Shown here: positions 18,134 to 26,861 of the stretch, one piece after another
How positions within the stretch are numbered: the first letter of the stretch is position 1
Layout: every line of letters begins with the position of its first letter
DNA from: a virus
Taxonomy: Duplodnaviria > Caudoviricetes
DNA: 46,578 nucleotides
IMG/VR virus record: IMGVR_UViG_3300022670_000061
Location: 1 to 46,578 of that record
Strand: one strand, 5' to 3'
Made by a program: the position numbers and the translations under genes
Notes under the pieces: generated by a model
What the model was told of the DNA's origin: nothing
Seen by the model: only the letters and a program-made list of their open reading frames with translations
The model's database searches: none

Positions 18134-19579
18134 CTACAGAGCTTTTAATTTGGCTCTGTAGTTTCTCAATGCATCTCTCAAATCTTGTTGTTGATCAGCT
18201 CGTTGCCCCAGACGAGATAGCATCGCTTCATCAGTAGTGTGCCGAGCAATCAGATGGTGAACCATAACCGCCCCTTTGACACCTTGCCTATAGACTCTTT
18301 TAAAGAATTGCAAATAATCTTCAAGGTTCCATGTCAAACTAAAGAAGCAGATATTCTGAGCCGCCCCCTGCATATTCAATCCATGCCCCATACTAACCGG
18401 ATGCCCTAGGAGGACAGGTATTTTACCAGCATTCCAATCGGCTTTAATTCTGTCTGTTTCTGTAGGAGACACTCCTGAACCGATATGGGGTATGTCTTTC
18501 CCTAATGCTTTTCTAAGAGCTTTCAAGTCATGTTTGTAATGATATCCCACTAGAAGAGGTTTGCCGTTTAACTCGCCGATAAGATCTTTCAACGCTTCTA
18601 TCTTAGCATCGTGAACAAAAAGAGTCTTACGAGTTTTTCTAAACTCTCGTTCTTCTTCCTCGTCGAGGTCATCGGGGATATCCTCGTAGACTTGCCCGTT
18701 CGCTATTTGGTGGCACTTACCCCCCGCTATCGCCGTCGCATCTGCTGAGGCTGTAAGATCATCTATTTTAATTAAGAATTCCCTTTCCATTTCCTTGTAG
18801 TATTTCAAAGCTTTGGGGGGCAGGTCTATATAGATATCATTGTATGAAAGTGGGGGCATATCTAAATAATCATCAGCGGACATATCTAGTATTAAGGGGG
18901 CTATTGCGTCATGAATTTGGCCTTCTGAGAAATCATTCAATTCCCAGTTGTATTTATTGTATTTGCCACGAGTATAGAATTTGTCTCTGAACTTTACAAA
19001 GTTATTACCGAGAGCAGCCCCCTCATCTAGTATAAATGTTTGTGACCACAAATCCAAAAGAGCGCGAGGGGCGGGCGTGCCAGTCATTATATATGATCTG
19101 TTAAACAAAGGTCTCATATCTTTTATAAGGAGGAATCTTGCTTCTGCTTCTGGGTTCTTAAACTTGGTGCTTTCATCTATCCAAAGAATATTGAACGGGC
19201 ATTTTTCACCCGATTGGAGGCCCCATAACAATTCTTCATATAGCCATTTCAATCCTTCTGGATTGATAAGGTATATATTTTTCTGTTCTCCCCATAAAGA
19301 TTTCTTACCTTCTTCATGAAGTATGTTGTATGTGATGTCGTTGAAATTAGACCACTTGTGAATTTCTTCAGGCCATACATTATGAACCACTCTAAGCGGA
19401 GCAACTATGAGAACACCCTTGCCTCTTGTCATGCCTGAATTTATTAAGATTTTAATAGCAGCCAAGCTGATAGATGTTTTGCCTAATCCAGGATCTAGGA
19501 ACAGCCCTGCTCGCCGATTAGACAATAGGAAACTTATCGCGGTCAACATATATCCGTGAGGTTTCCATAGTTCTGACAT
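18134..19579 (-). CDS. SNF2-family DNA helicase
   Basis: LFLDPGLGKT, IDEST, MTGTP, GHGLNMQ and RVYRQG motifs. Confidence 0.93.
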   Translation of the reverse strand: MSELWKPHGYMLTAISFLLSNRRAGLFLDPGLGKTSISLAAIKILINSGMTRGKGVLIVAPLRVVHNVWPEEIHKWSNFNDITYNILHEEGKKSLWGEQKNIYLINPEGLKWLYEELLWGLQSGEKCPFNILWIDESTKFKNPEAEARFLLIKDMRPLFNRSYIMTGTPAPRALLDLWSQTFILDEGAALGNNFVKFRDKFYTRGKYNKYNWELNDFSEGQIHDAIAPLILDMSADDYLDMPPLSYNDIYIDLPPKALKYYKEMEREFLIKIDDLTASADATAIAGGKCHQIANGQVYEDIPDDLDEEEEREFRKTRKTLFVHDAKIEALKDLIGELNGKPLLVGYHYKHDLKALRKALGKDIPHIGSGVSPTETDRIKADWNAGKIPVLLGHPVSMGHGLNMQGAAQNICFFSLTWNLEDYLQFFKRVYRQGVKGAVMVHHLIARHTTDEAMLSRLGQRADQQQDLRDALRNYRAKLKAL

Positions 19580-19924
19580 TTATTCATCCCATAAGAACTG
19601 TTCTAAGTGTTTTTCTGCTTGGCCTATTTTATCACATACGAAATATTTAAATCCTAATGGTTTGATTATGGTATCCCGTACTTTTTCTTGAAGCTTTGTT
19701 GGCTTCTTATTCTTACGTTTAAATTCTATAAAAAATATACGTCCCCCAGGACATAGCACTGATCTATCTGGAAATCCTTTCTTACTTAGGAATATTAGTT
19801 TTAGAGCTTTGCATTTATTATTTTTAGCGTATTTAACGAATGCATCTTCAATATCTTCTTCTTTGATTTCAGCCTTTTTGGCAAGGCGCTTTTCAGCATT
19901 TTTTATGAAATCATTTACAGCCAT
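19580..19924 (-). CDS. VRR-NUC domain nuclease
   Basis: EEDIE..GFPDR..FFIEFKR..PTKLQ. Confidence 0.9.
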   Translation of the reverse strand: MAVNDFIKNAEKRLAKKAEIKEEDIEDAFVKYAKNNKCKALKLIFLSKKGFPDRSVLCPGGRIFFIEFKRKNKKPTKLQEKVRDTIIKPLGFKYFVCDKIGQAEKHLEQFLWDE

Positions 19925-19926
19925 AG

Positions 19927-19958
19927 AAAAAGGGTAATGCTACAATATAACATTACCC
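19927..19958 (-). terminator. Rho-independent terminator
   Basis: GGGTAATG/CATTACCC stem followed by a U5 tract on the - strand. Confidence 0.8.
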
Positions 19959-19965
19959 ATATTCT

Positions 19966-20319
19966 TTAAAGTTCAGATAAAGCAGTAGCAGCTTCTGCGA
20001 ACCTAGTAGTCGTTTCAGAAAGCTTGCCTGCTACAGAAGTGATTTGCTCAGCGAGTATTTCGATTTCCTTCGGCTCGCCTTTGGAAAGTGTTTCGTAATG
20101 ATTAGAGATAACTTCACGAAGTTCAGCTTTCTGAACCTGAGCATCTTTACGGCATTCAGCCATGGTTTTGCGAAGTTCTTTACGTTCTTCTTTGCCAGCG
20201 TTAACTTCTTCACGCAAAGCAGCTTGCTCTTCACGAATAGCCTTTGCTTTTAAGTTAGCTTCTTTAAGCTGTTCAGATGGGCTTAGGGTTACTTCTTCAG
20301 TTTCAGTTTCATTTGGCAT
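19966..20319 (-). CDS. Coiled-coil hypothetical protein (own promoter and terminator)
   Basis: 117 aa, E/K/A-rich; GAGGAGG RBS. Confidence 0.8.
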   Translation of the reverse strand: MPNETETEEVTLSPSEQLKEANLKAKAIREEQAALREEVNAGKEERKELRKTMAECRKDAQVQKAELREVISNHYETLSKGEPKEIEILAEQITSVAGKLSETTTRFAEAATALSEL

Positions 20320-20355
20320 ACCAGCCTCCTTATATGTTTAAAATTAAGTCTGATC

Positions 20356-20384
20356 ACTATATCTCATATCTATGGATATGTAAA
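20356..20384 (-). promoter_or_regulatory. sigma70-like promoter
   Basis: TTTACA-17-TATAGT. Confidence 0.7.
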
Positions 20385-20388
20385 GGGT

Positions 20389-22200
20389 TTATTGTGCATT
20401 TTTATATCCTACTTCTTTCAACATTTTCTCAGCTTCTGTCACGTACCATTCTATGTCTACATCATTTGGGAATTTATCTGGCAGTTGCATTATTGGCTTG
20501 GCCCCATCTGACCGTGGAACCTTATTGCCATTATCTGCGACGTACATACTATCCAATTCATTCTTGCCGTAATACCATCTCACGGCCTTGCCTACTAACT
20601 TCCCGTCGTACGTTGCCCCGCCGTTGTTAACAGTTCTGACAGTAAGGAACTTAGTAATATCATCACAGTATTCAATAGTGTCTCTTACGGGTATACTATT
20701 CTGTAAGAATTCTTTAGTAGCTATAGCACAGATCTCATTGACTGGATTTTTCTTAAGCATATTTTTAGGTGAATGCGGATCACAATATACCCCTATGGAT
20801 TTAACGTAATCTCCTTCTGCCCCAATTGCTATATAGTTATTGACATCACGGCTATGCACTGACTTATAGTAAGTATATTCCATGTCATAAGATGTATCAA
20901 ATTCCCACTGCTCTACTATTTCTTTCATCAGCGTTTTCTGATTAGGTCTTAGGCTGACGACAATACCATCAGTATTGGCGCTTAGTATTTTAAAGCCCGC
21001 TAGTGTTAGTCTTTCAATCAACATCAGCAAGGACAACTGACCTGTTATAGTTACTTGCGCCATGAGATCAGGGGAATAAACTATAGACCATTTATTGCCG
21101 AACTTACCAAATAGTCCGTTAATAGTAATTTTCAAGCTTGCGTCTACTTCCTTGTCTCCATCATCCTTGGCTTTTAATCTTCTTTCTACAATGGACCTGT
21201 ACACGTCTAAGAATGGACGACCTAAATGCTTTGGATATAGTTCATTATTTAATATGATATTAGGGTAGAATGCGGCAACATCAATATCAACTAGCAATTT
21301 GTTTTCATTTGCGTAATGTGATATTTTCTTTTCTACGCTGTGCATACCCCCAATCCCTATCTTATATTTGAGATCATTATACATAAATTTCTCTTCAAAT
21401 AAAAGCGAATCTTGTTTAACATGCCCCGATGATTGCACGACTATAGGTATAGAGCAATACTCATTATAAATTTCTTTGAACAATTTGGTTTCAAATATTA
21501 AGCTGCTAGGGGGTTTGTAGTAGAATTGAGTACCTGCTTCTATCTTTGGTCGCTTGGCTTTTATGCCATAATGTTCTCCCAGTTCATGCTTGATGACTGC
21601 TTCTGCTATCTGTGCATCTGACTTAGATCTTAGATCAACTTTGTATTCTTCACTCATGTGCAACCTAAGATCTAATTGCTTTTCTAAAGTGTTAAGCAGT
21701 AGAATAGGCCCGTCATTATCATTTTCACAATACAACCTCATTTCTGGTAGGTCTGATTCTTTGATAATCGCATCTGGCTTTATAGGTAAGTCTTGCATTT
21801 TTGGGGCATGCATTCTTCCCATATACATTTTAAGGGAAGCAGATAAGGGGGCTACTTGTATTAAGTCTATAGATTCATAGTAAATCTTACCCGCCCCCAT
21901 TTGTTTGAGTACTTGCCAAGGCTGTTTTCTATCAACAATCAGCATGTCACTTCCTGCTTTGATAGCTTCATTACTTAATCCTCTTAATAACAAGGCTAGG
22001 ATTACGGAATCATATTTATCACCGTTGAAAGTAACTATGTCATACTTATTAAGTATGTAACATATATTATCTCTATTGATATCACTATCGTTGAACTTTT
22101 CAAAATAGATAACGTCTTTAGAAATCACCTTTTTAAACATAACTAGGCAATAGTTCTTATAAGTTTCGGTATCGCATATGATTGCCGAACTGTAATCCAT
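20389..22200 (-). CDS. DNA polymerase, family B-like, with 3'-5' exonuclease
   Basis: ExoI CDTETY, ExoII TFNGDKYD, motif A DVAAFYP, motif B KITINGLFGK, motif C SANTDGI. Confidence 0.9.
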   Translation of the reverse strand: MDYSSAIICDTETYKNYCLVMFKKVISKDVIYFEKFNDSDINRDNICYILNKYDIVTFNGDKYDSVILALLLRGLSNEAIKAGSDMLIVDRKQPWQVLKQMGAGKIYYESIDLIQVAPLSASLKMYMGRMHAPKMQDLPIKPDAIIKESDLPEMRLYCENDNDGPILLLNTLEKQLDLRLHMSEEYKVDLRSKSDAQIAEAVIKHELGEHYGIKAKRPKIEAGTQFYYKPPSSLIFETKLFKEIYNEYCSIPIVVQSSGHVKQDSLLFEEKFMYNDLKYKIGIGGMHSVEKKISHYANENKLLVDIDVAAFYPNIILNNELYPKHLGRPFLDVYRSIVERRLKAKDDGDKEVDASLKITINGLFGKFGNKWSIVYSPDLMAQVTITGQLSLLMLIERLTLAGFKILSANTDGIVVSLRPNQKTLMKEIVEQWEFDTSYDMEYTYYKSVHSRDVNNYIAIGAEGDYVKSIGVYCDPHSPKNMLKKNPVNEICAIATKEFLQNSIPVRDTIEYCDDITKFLTVRTVNNGGATYDGKLVGKAVRWYYGKNELDSMYVADNGNKVPRSDGAKPIMQLPDKFPNDVDIEWYVTEAEKMLKEVGYKNAQ

Positions 22201-22664
22201 TACTTCTTGCCCTTGGCTTTTTTCGGAAGCTTAACTTCACTTTTGGCGGTTGCTGTTTTGTCAGCTGATCTTTTTAATGTGACCGCCCCGATGAGTTTAT
22301 TGATAAGACAAAGAACTTTGATAAGATCAATTTCATTTTTCCAATTCATTAAGTTCATACAAATTTGGTTTTCAGGATAGAAAACTTCTGTATCTGCACA
22401 GAATTTGCCCCATTGGAATTCCAATTCTGTGGAAGGTATCGCAGGGTTGTCCCTGCCATTAACATTATATTCTTCTAATATTTTGAAGACATAATGTTCA
22501 GCCTTTTCAAGATCCCTTAGTCCATCTTTTCTTTGCCAGCGGATAATATATTTGGTGGCACAGCCTTCAAGATATCCCATGTGGTTTTGTTCGACCATGT
22601 CCCAGTGCTGAGCACCTTTTGTCTTGTAATGATCACCTGATATTTGTGTACTATTTGCAGTCAT
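22200..22664 (-). CDS. DUF3310 family protein (putative nucleotide kinase-related)
   Basis: ANSTQISGDHYK..GCATKYIIRWQRKDGLRDLEKAEHY. Confidence 0.85.
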   Translation of the reverse strand: MTANSTQISGDHYKTKGAQHWDMVEQNHMGYLEGCATKYIIRWQRKDGLRDLEKAEHYVFKILEEYNVNGRDNPAIPSTELEFQWGKFCADTEVFYPENQICMNLMNWKNEIDLIKVLCLINKLIGAVTLKRSADKTATAKSEVKLPKKAKGKK

Positions 22665-23178
22665 TTAACCGTACCTCTTTTGATGAGTATTCTATAAATT
22701 GTTCTATACCTACGACTTTACCTACATACACCCCTAGCATTTCACAACATCTCTGTATAACATGTATTATATTGCGGTTGCCCATATTGAGCTCTTCTAC
22801 ACAATACATGATTAATTCTATAACATCTGCACATTTAGCAATGTCTTTAGATAGGCCTAGCAATTTGGGTATATCTGGCAAATACATAGATTCCCATGAT
22901 TTTTCAGCATGTTTCAAAGCCATGCTTAGTTTTGGATATGCGGCTTTAGCGTCAGAAGGCATGTCTCCGAAACGCTGTTCAGCTATGTCATGTTTAGCCA
23001 TATAGATAACAATCTTATAAGTAGCTTCCATATTCATGCCATTAACTTTGCACAACTCATCAGCTATCAAAACCGCATTGGCGCTATGATGCCCATTAGA
23101 ATACGGCTGTATATGGGGTATAGTATGCAATCTTTCTACTCGTAGCCCTTTCCGATATAGTAATATTTCTTTTAACAT
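22651..23178 (-). CDS. HD-domain 5'-deoxynucleotidase (YfbR-like)
   Basis: VERLHT, NGHHS, KHDIAE..GDMPS and KCAD motifs. Confidence 0.85.
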   Translation of the reverse strand: MLKEILLYRKGLRVERLHTIPHIQPYSNGHHSANAVLIADELCKVNGMNMEATYKIVIYMAKHDIAEQRFGDMPSDAKAAYPKLSMALKHAEKSWESMYLPDIPKLLGLSKDIAKCADVIELIMYCVEELNMGNRNIIHVIQRCCEMLGVYVGKVVGIEQFIEYSSKEVRLNDCK

Positions 23179-23179
23179 T

Positions 23180-24190
23180 TCATTTCACCCTATTTTCTAA
23201 CCAGTTATGGACACCTATTCTCCAGTCATCTGCTTGGATAGCTGATAACATAGGTAATGTAATAGAAGGCCCGTTAGATTTGTACACCAGATACATTTGT
23301 AGCATGGGGTAAACCAACTCTTTGAAATAATCAGACTGGCAACTAATAGCCCCATTCATGTTCATAACTCCTCCTAACCCGAATTCGTCATAATCCCTAA
23401 AAAATGCGTCTAAATCATTGTTGAACCACACCATTTCATTTGGCTGCATTAACGTAGAGTAATGCTCACAATGATAAACAGGATGCTCCATTGAAATACC
23501 GTGTTTCATCTTCTCCCATAACTTGCCCCCTGCTCCGCCAAGATATACATGAAATGAATTGCTTACCTGAGTATAAGTTCCCATGGGAATATTCACTGAG
23601 GCAGCAACGTATTCTTGGAGCATACTAAACTGAACCACATTTGCCCCATAAGCCCCCCAAAGCATATCGTTTGACCTGTTATACACTGTGATATCTAGGC
23701 GGCCCTGACGGATCCTAAAAAGAACACAGAGATTACAGGGTTTATCTTTCGTGGTTTCATTTTCAAGATCAAATTTATCCCAGATTTGTAAGACGACTTG
23801 ACGACTTTCTGGCTTCTTTTTTAGAATACAAATTGCAGTATGAATTTGATCTGTTCCGCAGACTGTTCTCATGCGTGAGCCATAAGGGGCGTTAAACGTT
23901 ACTCCGTCATCACTGAAATTAGCCATGCGTTTGTTGAATTCAGTTAAGAACTTGACATCTTTACGCCCTGCCAGTATCCACAATGCTTCAAAGAAGTGAA
24001 AGAATGGATTGGCATTCCGGTCCTTATTCACAAGAACTCTTTGCCAAGGTGTTTTGTAAACGGTTGCCACCGGATACGGAACTTCTATAATATCACCTGC
24101 TCGGCTTTCCTGTTCTATACCGTCTGTGTTGATCAGCATGATCCCTTGATTAAGGGCTTCTTCTACTGTGTATGCTTCTATCACATGCAT
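23180..24190 (-). CDS. Thymidylate synthase superfamily enzyme, probably dUMP hydroxymethylase
   Basis: NPFFHFFEALWILAGR, SRQVV, DKPC catalytic Cys, RSNDMLWGAYGAN (Asn indicates dUMP type), SFHVY, and a long C-terminal extension. Confidence 0.85.
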   Translation of the reverse strand: MHVIEAYTVEEALNQGIMLINTDGIEQESRAGDIIEVPYPVATVYKTPWQRVLVNKDRNANPFFHFFEALWILAGRKDVKFLTEFNKRMANFSDDGVTFNAPYGSRMRTVCGTDQIHTAICILKKKPESRQVVLQIWDKFDLENETTKDKPCNLCVLFRIRQGRLDITVYNRSNDMLWGAYGANVVQFSMLQEYVAASVNIPMGTYTQVSNSFHVYLGGAGGKLWEKMKHGISMEHPVYHCEHYSTLMQPNEMVWFNNDLDAFFRDYDEFGLGGVMNMNGAISCQSDYFKELVYPMLQMYLVYKSNGPSITLPMLSAIQADDWRIGVHNWLENRVK

Positions 24191-24192
24191 AG

Positions 24193-25059
24193 TTATTTTC
24201 CTTTCCCGTTGTATTTACGTTTAGACCTTCCGGTCCCGTTAGTAACTCTCATGAACTTATCGTATTCACAAAAACAATTTTGAAGATTTTGCTGGCATAG
24301 GATATGTAGTATCTCATCAGGCAATTCCCATTCTAAAATGCTTTCAGCTTCTAATATTCTGGCCTTGTAGTTTTTGTTTGTAACTTTTTCGTTAAAGAAC
24401 CATTCTAAACCGCGCAATGACCCAGGACCAGGAGCACTAAATGACCACCAGTCAGGGGCGTGGTGTAATGGGTGGCCTTTGGTGTTTTTAAGATCAGCTA
24501 TGATCTGAGCACCTATGAAATTACCAATACCATTTATATCTATAAGTAGTTCATGAGTATATTGTAATGTAGATTTTCGAGAATGCATACTTCTACTAAA
24601 AGGAATATGCAATTCTTTCACATTTTTAAGAACTTCTATACAGTACTTTCCTTTATCCATTTTCTTGCCATTGGTAGAAACTATGTACGCCCCATTCCAA
24701 ACATTGTCTCCTCTGTCTCTACGGTCGTAAATCACATCAGATAAATTTTCAATCCAGTCAGCATACCCGAATGAATGAGGTTGCCCGATTTCTTCAAGAG
24801 TACTAGGCAAGTTGAACAGCCTAGCTGCTGTCATTGCTAGTACTAGGAAATTATCTTCATTCGGAAATCGGGAATCATAAACCCAATTATTACGAATCCA
24901 CTTTGTAACCGTATCATCTTCCCTGTTCACATTGCAGAAATAGGTGTCTTGCATCACCGTATTATCTGACCATGGGGCTGCTTCACCTGCTTCTTTTTTC
25001 TTACGTATAGATTCCCGTTCGTTAATCCAATACACTAGCTGTTCTTGATTAGGGGTCAT
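24193..25059 (-). CDS. aGPT-Pplase1 / HMUDK-helical family DNA base hypermodification protein (HhH-glycosylase-like fold)
   Basis: ERESIR..PWSD..FCNVNREDD, GIGNFIGAQIIADL, GPGSLRGL and QNCFCEYDKF motifs. Confidence 0.85.
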   Translation of the reverse strand: MTPNQEQLVYWINERESIRKKKEAGEAAPWSDNTVMQDTYFCNVNREDDTVTKWIRNNWVYDSRFPNEDNFLVLAMTAARLFNLPSTLEEIGQPHSFGYADWIENLSDVIYDRRDRGDNVWNGAYIVSTNGKKMDKGKYCIEVLKNVKELHIPFSRSMHSRKSTLQYTHELLIDINGIGNFIGAQIIADLKNTKGHPLHHAPDWWSFSAPGPGSLRGLEWFFNEKVTNKNYKARILEAESILEWELPDEILHILCQQNLQNCFCEYDKFMRVTNGTGRSKRKYNGKGK

Positions 25060-25355
25060 GAGGTTATCTCTTCAGGAAAAGAAGCTTCAAAAATATCATT
25101 TAAAACGTTATTCAATTTTGCCCAATTATCTCCACCAGATTTGAAATACTCATGCATTTGAGTTTCTTCTCCAGCGGCGGCTATCCAAAAAGAATGGCCC
25201 AAATCATTAGGATCATCTTTGAAAAATCCTAAAATGAGCAAACCATCTATTGCAGGGATAGCTCTTTCTTTATTTTCAGGGCTAAGATAGAACGCACCAC
25301 CATTGTCTGATTTTAATACTTCCATTAATTGGTTTAACACTTCTTCACTAGTCAT
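25056..25355 (-). CDS. Hypothetical protein (99 aa) inside the modification cluster
   Basis: Start at MTSEEVL (25355) with GAGGA RBS; overlaps the next gene by ATGA. Confidence 0.7.
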   Translation of the reverse strand: MTSEEVLNQLMEVLKSDNGGAFYLSPENKERAIPAIDGLLILGFFKDDPNDLGHSFWIAAAGEETQMHEYFKSGGDNWAKLNNVLNDIFEASFPEEITS

Positions 25356-25356
25356 T

Positions 25357-26157
25357 TTATAATCCTCTTCCAAATTCAAAAGCTTTCTTCCACTGCATCC
25401 TAACATCAGTTCGCGTTTCCATTCCGTTGGCGTGCCAAGCTGTTTTGGATTGCTTCTGCACGACCGTGACAAAATCAGGATAGCGTTCTTTAAGGGCTAA
25501 GGCGCAAGCGCGTTGAAGTTCAGGGGTTCTAAATGTGCTGCATCCCCCTTGCATACCGGACCCGCCCTTTTGATCAAAACAATATTTGTAAAACACGCGG
25601 TTTGGAATTCCTTGCGTAAACATATCTAGGAGCAGATTGAAATCCTCCATAACTTCAGAGGTATCAAACCTGAGACCCTCTTCTTTAAACTTTGCCACGT
25701 TAACCCCATGGAATCCCCCTTGCCTTGTGACGTCCTTATAGTCTTCCTGAACATGATTGTTCCCTGACCTTGCACTAACCCCTACAAGAGTGAATTCCTC
25801 AAAGCCTAGTGCATCAATAAGTGCTTCAAACATCTCTTCAACTTCGTCATCAGTAGACTTGCCTAGCTTATTGGTGATTTCATCTCTTTTGAAGAAAGCC
25901 AAATCATCATCCAACATGAATAGGAACTCTGTTTCACAGGTTTCTATACAGTGTTGGCGAGTGGCTGATATTCCATTAACATCATCAGGCAATATATGGA
26001 TATCACATATATCACTGTATTCAAATTCATGTTCATCAGCTTCATAATCTTTTACGACTAGGACCGCTGCTTCTCTTATCTCTTCAGGTAAGTTCATCAG
26101 TGTTGTTTGCATGTTGGCCCTCCCTAATGTAGGGATCATAATTGTGGCATAATCCAT
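25357..26157 (-). CDS. GT-A fold glycosyltransferase (TAGT/GREB1/JGT-like)
   Basis: IMIPTLGR, GISATRQ, FMLDDD (DxD), MEDF, GGCSTFRT and VRMQWKKA motifs; start at ATG 26157. Confidence 0.82.
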   Translation of the reverse strand: MDYATIMIPTLGRANMQTTLMNLPEEIREAAVLVVKDYEADEHEFEYSDICDIHILPDDVNGISATRQHCIETCETEFLFMLDDDLAFFKRDEITNKLGKSTDDEVEEMFEALIDALGFEEFTLVGVSARSGNNHVQEDYKDVTRQGGFHGVNVAKFKEEGLRFDTSEVMEDFNLLLDMFTQGIPNRVFYKYCFDQKGGSGMQGGCSTFRTPELQRACALALKERYPDFVTVVQKQSKTAWHANGMETRTDVRMQWKKAFEFGRGL

Positions 26158-26158
26158 A

Positions 26159-26851
26159 TTACCACCCCTCATCTTCTTCATCATAGGCTTCATACTGCCC
26201 ATTATCTTCATCGGCAGTAACATAACCTTCACGGATAGATCCTGCGATGTATCCGTTAGCATATTTTTCGTCACAGTCTTTAGCTGACATGAATGCAGAC
26301 CTAACCTCTTCAAATATAGCTTTATCCTCAAACTCTTCTATTATTTTCTGAATAAGGCCCATCACAGATGTAGGTTTTGCTTCTTTAAAAGTGATGTTTA
26401 ATACATTTCCTGCGAGCGATTTTGCTGTGATGCGCTTACCTGTCGGCGCTACCTTGGCAGGCTTAGCCGTGGTTATTTCTTTAGGTTCCTCAGAAGGATC
26501 TTTCATGGGTTTCTTAGCCGCTTTAACTTTAGCCCTAGCTTTCTTTGGATTGTATTCGGCCATGTAATCTTTCAATGGGAACTCTTCAAATCCATCATAA
26601 CCCTTTACTGCTTCAAGTATTGCTTCGGCTGCTTCATCATGGTTTTCAAATCCGAAGTCTGTATCCACCCCCATAATCTCAGCCATGTTTTCCAATTCAT
26701 CAAGCGGTATCATGAACTGTGATCTTTCATGGCTGTCAATAATGATCCATTGCTTGGATACATATTGGGCAGTAAGATTATCGGGTGTTCTTTCATTGCC
26801 CCCATTTAGGCATTCAATAACACCTTCTTTCTTATTAATAACGTAGAACAT
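26159..26851 (-). CDS. Hypothetical protein; C-terminal domain shared with the neighbouring gene
   Basis: 230 aa with a K/A/P linker; TSVMGLIQ..ANGYIAGSIREGY. Confidence 0.75.
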   Translation of the reverse strand: MFYVINKKEGVIECLNGGNERTPDNLTAQYVSKQWIIIDSHERSQFMIPLDELENMAEIMGVDTDFGFENHDEAAEAILEAVKGYDGFEEFPLKDYMAEYNPKKARAKVKAAKKPMKDPSEEPKEITTAKPAKVAPTGKRITAKSLAGNVLNITFKEAKPTSVMGLIQKIIEEFEDKAIFEEVRSAFMSAKDCDEKYANGYIAGSIREGYVTADEDNGQYEAYDEEDEGW

Positions 26852-26861
26852 ATTGATTTCC

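Noticed and set aside
23180-24190. dCMP hydroxymethylase (T4-like glucosyl-hmC system)
   Set aside because: The specificity position after RSND..WG is Asn (dUMP type), not Asp as in T4 gp42; this rests on by-eye alignment and needs confirmation.
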